A stretch of 64,000 nt of DNA from the NCBI GenBank assembly GCA_030141605.1, contig JAQGDQ010000150.1, positions 232,627 through 296,626 on the forward strand. The letters are read 5' to 3'. A program made the translations under genes and the position numbers. The notes under the pieces are model-generated. The model was not told where the DNA came from and did not search any database. It was given only the letters and a program-made list of their open reading frames with translations. Shown in pieces: positions 12,998 to 24,900 of the stretch. This stretch comes from Tubiluchus corallicola (lineage: Eukaryota > Animalia > Priapulida). Positions within the stretch are counted from its first letter, which is position 1, and each line of letters starts with the position of its first letter.

Positions 12998-15900
12998 CTA
13001 TATACATATACATACTATATACATATATATATACGTATACTTTATACATATATATACTGTATATGTCACTTATTTGTATCAACCTTTTAATTTGCATGCA
13101 TTTTTACAGAATGTCAAGGCAATGATAGACCCGCCAGAACTCAAAAGTTACCACAAGTAGACATAAATGTGTCTTTCATTGCTTTTCTGGTCTTTCTAAT
13201 ATTATATTCCTTTCCTTCTTTCTCTATTTCATGGTGTGTTTCATTTCTAGAAATAAGAAATAAACTACTTTTTTTGAAGAAATGAGTCATGACACCACTG
13301 ATACCAATCTCACTCAGAAACTATTGCATTTGTACACTTTGATGATTAATGTGGCCCAAATACGAACTGTTGAAATAATTGCTCTTTTTCCATGGTTTCA
13401 CTGATTTCTATGTATCCCTTTCAGTTTTTTCGTACAGGGGGTCAATCATTTCTTGATACTATTTGCTTTTCTAGTATTTACTAATGATATCAATATCTGT
13501 TGTTATATAGTTAAACACGAAGTAGACTTCAGTAAATCAATAGGTATGTGTGTTATACTCTATTTTCTCATTTCTCTTTATTTTTAACAGTTTTTCTTTT
13601 AATGCATGTGCCGCTGACAAAAGCTGATTTGCAGTAGAAAAAATTGCGAGTTGCTGCCTGTAATATATTGTTTATAATGTATTTCAGCAATGATTTATGA
13701 TCTAACATCATTGACATTCTATATTGTGACTACCATAATGCATGTATGCAGTATATAATCTGAACTCACATAAGATGAATGTTTTCATTTTGTGATGCCA
13801 TTTTTACTTTTTCATATCTTCTCACAGTTTTGTTAACGTAATTCTGATTCTTTTCTTTTTGTTGTACTCAAAAATAAATAGTGTGTACCTTAACATTTTA
13901 GGTCAATTGAGGCATGAAGTAACTTTGGCAATTATAAAACCGGACATCGTAAAAAGTGGAAGAGCTAATGAAATTTTTGAAGCGGTACTTATGTTTTTAG
14001 TTTGTTGTTTTGCAACGGAAGTGCATTAATGTGACTGATAGGTTTCCACTATGGACAAAATTTTGTTGATTCTTATTTTTTTTATAAGTATATTTAAGAA
14101 TAAGCACAAAAACGATCTTAGAGACTGCAAAGCTGAAATATCCAGAATCGATCCAGAGATTTCTTGTGCATTTTCAACCAAGACCTGAATTGTAGTAAAT
14201 CTGCTATTCCCAAAGTTTTGCCTCCTCAGTTAACAAAGCTAAATTGCTTGCCAATTGTTTTAGTAAGAACTGAAACACCGAAGATGATGTTACAAACACG
14301 CTATTAATTAAATTTTGATACTTACTTGAAAGACAGGAAATGTGAAGAAGTTGGTTAGTTTATCCCTAATTATAGCTTGCCAACCAAATTCATCATTTCC
14401 AATGTTAGATCACACTAGAGTAATATGAAGTTATTTGAATAATTTTTATTTTGATTCATTTATTTTGAGCTAAAATTTCCTTGATGATAAATTTATTATT
14501 ATAATCTTCATGTCAAGATTATTATTAATGAGGTTGCAAACCACAAATGATTAGTTTTCATACCAAGCTTGAAAAACAGCAAACATGAAAAAGTTTGAAA
14601 GTTGCTTAGATTTGAACCAGGACCCTCTGCTCACATTGCAAACCATTACAGTCTTTAGTTAGTTAGAGACGAAGATCGACTATTCAAGACTTATGGAGTA
14701 TTGCAGTTACATTTGAGCTGGTGGCTGAACATCATCAGATACCTTCTATCATCACAAATTGATTATATGAACCCTAATTTCATGGACATGCATTCACGTC
14801 TTCACATTTTTTACTGCATTAATTCCCCAACTCTAAATAGCCATTTTCTTCATTAATAACAATTTGTGTAAAAAATATCTTTAGCTGCTATATGCAGTTC
14901 CACACATCACTGACATCTCTCAATTTGCATTTCCAAGAATCAGAGAAACAAAGAGGCTGATTTGTTCGGTACTGGGTTTATTTTTCGGGTATGGAACATT
15001 TGGGTATGAAGATACTTGGGCATAAGACATTTGGGCACAGGACATGTGGGGACTGGAATACTTGGGCATGAGACTTTTGGGCACCAATAAAATTTGATGT
15101 TGTACCAGATTTTTTTATTTTTGTTTAATACATTTTTAGTGTTTAACTATTTCCATCACACTGATAACATTTTTTTAAATTGCATCACTAAATTTAACAT
15201 ATAAACAGATAAGTCAATACACAGATCACAAAATGTTAATCAACCAGCAAAGTCTGCCTCCCAATGACCAATCAGGCGCTCTACTGTTCGTCACTGCCGG
15301 GGTCTCGAGACTTGCTCCCAAGCTCAGCAGTATTTGCACATGAGGGTATATGAAATATATAATGGGCATGTGTGTGTGCATGGTTACTTTTACTTTTGTT
15401 TCTTACCATACGAGACTTGTGCAGCTAAAATTCATAGCAGTGAAAGAGACTATAGAATGTTGAAGCAGTGTGCTTGAGGCACATGTAATGTGGGTGTTCG
15501 GTACCCAGAAAGGTTAGGAGTCTGACTTGAAAGTTTCCCTAAATAAAAAAACCACTTAGACAAGTGTCACCAATGGATCAAGACATGCGGAGACCACATG
15601 AACAGCTCAACAAATTAACGTTTTTTCGATTGGGACTTTTGTCTGATGGGGGATGTGCCATTGTTGAGGTCTGCTTTTTAAAGCTCAAGTATGTGAGTAT
15701 TTTAGCCTATTTGGCAGCATTGTATAGGCTTGTAGCAGAACACAGCAGTAGCAGAAAATAATGTATTCTTGCTTGATCGAGTCAAGTAGCAATGCAGTGT
15801 GGAAGTGCCAACTGTCTAGGTCCCAAGTGAGCTAGTGCCCAAGTGTCTAGCACCCAACGGCCACATCCAAATAGTCTGTTCCCCAACTTTTTAAGTTTTC

Positions 15901-18900
15901 GATTGGTTTGTGGTTTCTCAATAAAGATTTGAAGTATGTTATGTAATCAAGCATTTTTGAGTATTATTACCTGTGGTGTTTTACAACTGGACATTTTATT
16001 TGACAACCACTACTTGTAGTCAAATTAAGCTTAATGATTTTTAACAGTTCTTTTGCACTTGATGCATAAGCAATAATTTGTTTGTGAAACAATGCTATTT
16101 AACAGAATAGACTTTGTCAGTGTAATATTATAAGTTGGTTTACTGATGTAACCAGATCATCAAGCATTCTTTAATACCACCATGCTTTTGGCATTTGCAT
16201 TATTGTATAATAATATTTGATTTCTAAGATAGGCACATTTCAAACATGACACAAGCAGTTTTCCTATAGTTCCATTTATGAAATGAAAATAACACTCTGC
16301 TGATACTGAGACTGAGAGATATTTATATTTGTGTTAATTGCTGGGTCAGTTTAGCTCAATTTCAATCACATTACAAACATTCTGCATTCTTACTTTTTTA
16401 TATTTATTATTGTTGCCTAATCTTTAGATGCAAAATGCAGGAATCGAGATTCTGAAACAGGAAGAGAGAACACTCACTGAAGATGAAGCTAGAGTATTTT
16501 ATGAGCACCTGCAAAATGAGGTAACTCTACCAACTTTAAAGGAAAACAGGATGATTTTTCATATATTACTGCCCTTTCAAGTATGGTGAAAAGTATACAT
16601 TTTAATGCCAGCAATACTGCAAAAGCGTTTCTGATAATAATTAAATAATAGGTTAAAAACTCAATCAATGGTAGCACGTGTTTGTGAACGAGAAAATTGA
16701 ATTACGACACTACTGTAAGGGATTCAGTGTGTTGTACTAAAATTCGGCAAGTTTTAAGATAAAAATTCAAATTTCAAATTTACCACTGTGCTCACGCATG
16801 AGCTGTCAAACGTGTGCAGTATGTCACAAATGAACAACGACGAACTGAGAGGTACAGCACCTGTTTTTTGTGTAATTTGTTTCAGAAATGCAGGTGCCAG
16901 TGCCTGTCTAACTAGCAAATGGCGAAATGCATGCAACAGCGGAGAATTAGTGGTGCAAACATGAACTCATGTTTGTATAGTAATAATTCTTTCAAATAAG
17001 TCATTTTTGAAAAAATAGAGTGTCCCTTTCAATATTTTATAGAGTAGATTGTTTTGACCTAAGTTTAAGATTGGGTCTGGTTTTTCTTTAACAAACTGTT
17101 TCCAGCAGTACCGCTATCTATTAAGTACATCATCAAACTAATAATTACTAAGTTTCCTAAAAAGTGCATTGAAATCATGTTACCTTTATAAATTTTTCTG
17201 AAATTCCATGACATTTGAGGTCATGATTGTTGTTTCTCGTAGGATTATTTTGACAGTTTAGTCCACTACATGTCAAGTGGGCCCAGCATAATCATGGCTA
17301 TTACTAAAGCAGACTCAGAAGAAGGTGTCATTACTGAATGGAGAAAAATGATTGGCCCATTTGATGTAAGTCTTGCAAAAGAAGAAGCACCTGAAAGGTA
17401 TCTAGCTTGAATTGTTTATTAGAAATTAGGAAAATCAACTTATTTGCCTGAAGCCGGTTATCTCTCTGTCCTATATGTGTATAAATTCAAGAAATAAACG
17501 GTAATAAATGTTTTCAGCATTAGTGGCACTTTCTGCTAGATCTATCATCGAACTATAATAAAAATAATTACCAGGTTTCCTAAAGTTGTATTAAAATTGT
17601 TGCTTTTATATCAACATTTGACAAATTTTTAAAAATTATCAATGTTAAGCTGGATTTCCCACTGTAGCGGGCTATTTAGTTCTGCATATTGTTATTGTGT
17701 GTTCAGCATTTCAATGGCTGAAATAAATATGTAACAACTAATATGTCTAGCAATTCAGTTCACTATATGGTGTCAGATTAGTGCACAAATTGAACCAACA
17801 ATGAGAAACGCATTACCATAGATTAGAGTTCACCGGTACGTGATGTGTGATCGAAATATGCGTGTGCAAATATCGAATTTTAGTGTGAAAAACTATTTGT
17901 TATTGAATCAGATTCGTTGTTCTGTATATAGCTGCAGCTTCTGTATCTGTTGCGGATTGAAACAGTCTTTGGTGTTTTGGACTTATTTTTCAACGTCATA
18001 ATCGAGACCTGCGAGGGATATTGGAAACGAGAACACACAGCATACATAAGATAAGATCGCGACATGTACAGCCGAATTTTTTATTCACATGAACTGATAA
18101 AATACACAGATGTTAAACGCAAGTAAAAGACATGGCAGACAAAATTCAAATGATGAACTGGAATGCTTCAAATGTAGCCGAGGCATTCAGATTCTTTCGA
18201 CAAAAGGTGGACATTTTCTTCCAAATTAAAAACATTGAAGAGGAGAACCAGATACCATATCTGCTTAGAGGTGTGGATGATGAAGGATTGCGCAGGTACA
18301 ATTCATGGACACAATCCAAAGAACAGAGATCCAACACACATTTGGAAGTGTTTTCAAGAACAATTAAAAGTAGCAGTGGAAAATTTTTGCATAACACGAT
18401 TGCAGCTTCATTATTTTTAACAAACTGAACATGAAAGCCTAGATGATTTCTTAACAGGGTGCCCTCAAAAAGCACTAAAGTGTGACTTTACAGAACAAGA
18501 ATATTACGAACGTATTATAGAACAAATAATGGCATCTACAGCAATATAAGAATATCAAAAATGAACAGCTACAAGGATACAGTTTGGATGATGCCTTACA
18601 ACATGGACAAACATTCGAAGCTGCAATAGCTAACCATCAACATTTACGAACAGTGAATGCCAGTGCCAACAACAACAGCCGTCAGTGAGAATGTTAATGC
18701 AATCAAACGTAAAACTAAACCGAGAGTCCAACAAACAGTGTGTAGATGTTGTGGGCGTGACCATCCTCGAGGAAAACACTCGTGCCCAGTCAGAAATTCA
18801 ATGTGCGGAGCATGCAACAAATTAGGTCACTGGCAGAAATTTTGCAGAACAACAAACATGCAAAAAAGAGGCAGAAACATTACCAGAAATACTAGAGTAT

Positions 18901-21900
18901 GGACAGTGGCATTACTAGCAGTCATATAGATAACAGGAAACAATATCACACTTAGTTAAACAGTTTATTTTGAAAAGTATATATACATTCATTTTGTAAA
19001 ACTAATAACTAAACAGTTTCTCTTTGTGAGGAGGAGGGTGTAGTGGACTATTTAGATCTTCATATTGTTATTGTGTGTTCAACATTTCAATGGCTGAAAT
19101 AAATATGTAACAGTTAATATCTCTAGCAATTCAGTTCACTTTAGCCACCAAGCATATTATTCTTGTAACTGTTAGTAACAGTAAATATGAATCTTTGGTA
19201 AGGTCTCCAGTGGTAATACTATACTTGACATTGGCAATTCTGGTGACTGTCTTAAATTTCAAACTGCAACTAATCAGGCCTTACAGTAAGCAGACGCCAT
19301 TAATCTAAATTTTAATGTCTAAATTCAATGAAACGATTGGGACTTAAGATTACATCTCTTAATCGATATTCCCCCTATTAACTAACTTGAAGATAAAAAG
19401 AGTTGATTTGGCTAAACTTTTGAGTATACAAATAGCTGCAAATTTAACATGGAACATCTATGTCCATTCAGTTTACGCTAATGAGAGCCAGTAAAAAGGT
19501 TTATCTTTTGTGAATAATGAAAAGAGCTGAGACATCTCCTAATGATATAACAAAAATGTATTGCACCATGTTATTGTATATGCTTGTCAGGTATGGCACT
19601 CATTTCTTTCCAAAATCTCTCGTGATTCGTCAGAAACTGCTCAAAAATGCTCATTGAAAATAATTTCTTCAAATGGAATCTATGTAATTGCTCTAATTTT
19701 TGCAGATCTTCAATCTTCGTTTACCCAGTCATGTAAATTTTTACAAAAATTTGTGTTGATCATTTAAAATCCTAATAATATAATCCATGCTCTATTGCCA
19801 GATAAGATGCGTATTCTCATAAATACAGTTTTTTAGTGTTTTTGTTGGTACTGACATTGTGTTTGGCAATGTGGTTTCCTTACGTTTTGAAACTGCCCTA
19901 ATGTTTGGAGCTTTAAAAAGCTAAATAGGCTTACTTATTAATGTTGTTGCTTGTTCTTTCTACTTTAATTATCACAAAAGTCAATGTCTATAATACATTT
20001 TTGCAGTTTGCGTGCCAAATATGGAACTAACAAGCAAGAAAATGCATTGCATGGCAGTGATTCTCCAACTAAAGCAAGCAAGTAAGTGTTACATCCATAA
20101 ATTGTATTTACCGTGTTATCAAAATAGTTGCTTAGCAAAAAGCATGCAAGCAGTTGCATCAATTTGCAAAATGTTACTAATCAGGAAAAGCAATTTTCAA
20201 GATTGTCTAGCTGCTTTTCAAGTATAAAGTCCAAAATTTTTTATTATATCTAATAACACGTAAAGCACTCAGGTTTTATGCATTCAGGTTTTTTTTGAAA
20301 TATTTTTTACATATTTATAGGGAGCTGGCATTTTTGTTTCCTGACTTTGATTATTCGCAGTTTGCAAAATCGAAACGTATACAGAGAACACTTGCCCTTA
20401 TTCGACCAGATGGTCTGAGAGAACGACGTGGTACGTATACAATTCCAACTTTGTCTAATCCTGATTTCAGATTTCAGGAGTATCACGAGAGGCAAAATTT
20501 AGCAAAGTGCACAGAAGAACACCCATATTTAAGCTTATTTAGTAGTGTAACCTACTGCAAATTTTATAATCATTCAAAAAAACTTATTGTCATTTTTCAT
20601 TAAAAAAGATTAAATATAGTAATCACTGTAGTTTTTTGTCTTAATACATGATCAGTTCTTATAACATTGGATAACTCTACATTGGTATGCAAATTGGCTT
20701 CTTATTAGAGTCTTAAAAAAGCAGTATTTTATTTAACTTAACTTAACGGCCTCATACTTTGAACGCGATTAAGTGTGTGCAAAACAAATAACTGTCATGT
20801 GAGTGCAAAATACATATTTGCCATGTGAGTACAAAATAAATATTTTCTACTTAGAATGGCACACTTAATAATACTGATCCAGATCTTGTCATCTGGGATT
20901 AAGCAACTACTAAATCTGGAAATGAAACTTCTCTGTAATTGAGACTACTTTAGTAATTCAGCTTGTTTAATTCTTGTTCACCACAGCCTCAACATTTTAG
21001 TTAACATTCTTTTAGCTTAGATAATTAATTACATGATCAAAGTTTGCACTCATTGCTCATACTTATGTAGTAAGAGTGTAAGGGATACTATCATGAGGTT
21101 GATATCCTTTATGTATTTGATAAGAAGTTTCCTTGAATGGGATTGATATCAAATTCCCTGTATAAGAGCAACTGAATCAAAGGAATTGTTTTAGGATCTA
21201 AATAATATTAATTTTAGTTATCATGCAATATTATCGTACATATACATCAGTTTTTGGGCACGCATACTGACTGTGTATATAATAATTAGCATTAAACCTA
21301 ATGGCTTTTATCACTTCCTTCTGCATAATTGTTTTAGTTTACAATGGTACTGCCAAACATAATTTTTATAAGATTGTAACATTTTAATTTTAGTTTAATT
21401 TGTCTTCTGTTTAAACCGAGTTTCTGTAAATGACAATTTTAATAAAGTCTTGTGTAAAAGGCAGTACAGGAAACATACACCTAGCAGGAAAACTATTATT
21501 GTTCTTCTTTATTTTACAGTTCCATTGTAAGAACTTACTCTTCCTTTGCTTGAGGTAATGTAAGTTAACAGAAAAAATGCTTTATATGACAAAAATGTGC
21601 AGAAAATACTGAAAGGCTATGCAGAGTATTACGCTGTATTACACTTTTAAATCATCATCTAATCAATAGCCACATTGAAGGTGGAAAACGTGTATCACAG
21701 ATTGCCTAGTAAAATTGTTATCATGTATATCCAAGGATACAGCAAGATATACTGCTTTAAAATGTACAATTAATTCAGCAGCTGCGGTAGCAAAAACAGC
21801 CATCAATGGACATAAAAAATGTGTCATTTAGCATAGCTTTTATTCAACATTTATTTAACTCAATTTATGCAAACTTCTAATGCATCTTGCAGATGAAATA

Positions 21901-24900
21901 CTTAAAAAAATTGAAGAAGCTGGTTTTGAAATTGCCCTGCAGAAGGAAATAGTTATAAGCCGGGAAGAAGCCTTAGAGTTCTACAAAGAACATAAAGAAG
22001 AACCTTATTTTGAGGAACTTATTACTTCAATGACAAAGTAAATATTTTTCTTTTTAATGTAAAAAGAAAAATGCTTAATTTTACAATATACCCACCTACA
22101 TTACCAATATTAGAATTAGAACATTAGAACGAACAACCAATATGAACGAACAGAAACATTAGAACAAACAACCAATATGGAAAGAATTCCATTACTAAGC
22201 AAGCAATACAACTTTGGAATTCATTACCGACATCACTAAAACACAGCAGCTCTTTATCAATATTCAAGTCTAAATTAAAAAAACATTTAATGACTCGTTT
22301 TGAATATCCGACATACGGACACAATGATAATTTCATTTTTCCTAGACCTTACTAAACTAGTTTATATTTTATTTTTTGAATTTTTAGTTGCACTTATAGT
22401 TTAGCTTGCACCAGACGCATTTGCCCAGAACAGTGTATGTTTTTTATATGAACTAACACTGATTGTCTGTCTTTTAATGTGATGGTCAATGTTTTAAAAT
22501 GGCAAATAAAGATTTTACTACTTACTACTACTACTATATACTTGGTAGGTCAGAAAAATGCTTTGTTTAATCTAGCTGTAATAACTGAAGCACTATAAAT
22601 CTTATACTACTCCTCTTGGTTTGTATTAGCACTGTTAAATCTTGGCACGCATTAGCGAGTACGTGACATTTGGGCTTAGCCATTTGCACGTGACATTTGA
22701 GCACAGGTCACTTGGGCATGAGCATTTGAGCACGAGATATTTAGGCACCAATATATAGAACTTAATTTTGTCTCAGCTTTTTTATTTTTGTTTATTATGT
22801 TTTTAATGATTCACTTTGTATTTCTCTAACTTTTGAAGTAACATCTCTTCAGTAAATTATAAATATGTGCAGTAGCATACTTGAGTGAAGCAAATTAAAA
22901 TCTGAACAAAAACTTATGAATTTTAGCTTAATTTTTTCAAAGTTTGTTTGCTATATTTCTATTGACCTAAATTGTTTGAAATATGAAGCCTGTTCATCCA
23001 GGAAGTTTATTATTTTATGTAGTGGCCCTTTGCTGGCACTAGGACTAGCTAGAGAGGATGCTGTAACAAAATGGAAGGAATGGCTAGGTCCAAAGGATTT
23101 GGATCAAGCTCTTTATGAAGCTCCTGACAGGTTTGTTAAATGTATTTCGATATAAAACTCGACAACATGTACTATTAAGTTTTCAAGTAAGAATAAAAAA
23201 TCAGAGATAAGTTAGGTTATTCTATGTTTATAGCATCTTTCAAGTCTTTTAATAGTAAAAAGTCGTTTTAAAGAAGTTATTTATCAGTTTAAGAAAAACT
23301 TTATTGTCTGCTCCAGTTTGCGAGCTACTTACGCAGTTGAAGGGATTAATGTCAACCAGTTACATGGAAGTGACAGTGTTCAAGAGGCAAAGCTAGAATT
23401 GGAGTATTTTTTTCCAGTCGAAAAAACACTAGCTTGTATTAAACCTGATGCTTCTCAATCAACAAGAGGTAAAATACTGAGCAAGCAATCATTCTACATT
23501 GATTCATTTTTGTCTTTTACGGAAATGACATTTTTGTTTTTTGCATGAAAAGGCTAATGGCACATTCAGGCTAACGAGTTTTCTTGCCAAGTTAACTCTC
23601 CAAGTAACTTGCAAGCATGTTCAGTTAGTGTCAGAGAGTTTGCAATTTCATGCCAACTGTAGCTCAGCAGTTCATACTTGCGAGTTTGCTGTCAAAGAGG
23701 AAACTCACAACAGAAAGCTAGCTAGTCTATATGTACCATAAAGCAGCTCAAAAATGATTTTTAATGACATGCTTTTATATCGGTTGGTAGCTGCCTGCTA
23801 CTTTGTAGATTTCTGTAGTAATCATGTAGTTGACTAGTTCGAACTTTCACAATGAATGATTGCATATGTTCCATTAACTGAATATTATTCTGCATTACAT
23901 TTGTTCATGTTGTGTACATATTTGGTGAGTGAATCACATCAATTGATTTGCAGACATGACCAAGCTATATATTTCTATATTTGTTATATATGTGAACATC
24001 AACTACCGTGCAATTGCTCTACAATATATACAATGCAGTGCTTAAGATAAATTTGGTTTTGACTACTGTAGAAGAAATAATAGCTAAAATTAAAGAAGCC
24101 GGATTTCACATTGCATCTAAGAAAGAAACGACGTTAACTAGAGAAATTGCAGAGCATTTCTATGTTGAACACCAAGGAAAAGAATTCTTTGAAGGACTGG
24201 TTGACCACATGTGTAGGTATGTTATACCATCAACTGAGTATCTGCTGTATATTAAAATGAACTGTTGCAACTATTACTTTGGCAGGTGGTAGCTTGTTTT
24301 CATAATGCTTTATCAGCTGACTCCGTACTTTACCTGCTGACTACCAATGAGTGGCAGTTTGCTATTGAAATCCGATTTTTCCATTTCTTGGAATTCATTA
24401 TTAAAAAAATTGCACTTAACTTCGAAATGTTATTTTGTGTTATATTTAATTTCCCATCACTGCCATACGGTATAATCCACTTATAACGAGGTGTGGTTAT
24501 TATGAGCAAATTTCAGTTCTACCAAATTTTAGCTTAAATAATATATTTAAACCTTTGCTTACAGCGTCTCGGATATCACGAGACTTTGTTTACTACAATG
24601 CTGTTTTACCGCTCGAGTTCTAAAACAATGGATAAATAAGCACTATTCACCAAGAACAAAAAGGTCAATGTACCTGGTGGGGATTAATTTACTGATCATA
24701 CGTAAAACAATATGTGCCAAGTACAGCACATGCAGACATTCTGGTGGGTCTGCAGCTACTTGCCCTGCTGTAATTGTAATTTAAGTCAAAATGAGCAAAC
24801 AATTGAATAAAAAGCAATAAAACTTAAATAGAATTTAAAATGTTTAATTTTACTAAGTTATAAAAAAACAGTTAAACAAATTTTGTTTGATCGTCATTAT

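Noticed and set aside
13110-13170. Exon-like block after TTTTTACAG (ECQGNDRPARTQKLPQ...)
   Set aside because: No convincing donor gives the phase-1 exit needed to rejoin the NME8 frame.
14600-14680. tRNA-like B-box (GGTTCAAATC) on the minus strand
   Set aside because: No cloverleaf can be built; at most a decayed SINE head.
14986-15086. Short regularly spaced repeats superficially like a CRISPR array
   Set aside because: Eukaryotic intron, period about 15 bp, no unique spacers and no cas genes. Better explained as transposon terminal arrays.
16536-17031. Possible Kolobok-like MITE (TTAA|AGGAAAAC ... GTGTCCCT|TTCA)
   Set aside because: TIR and TSD are too degenerate to support from a single copy.
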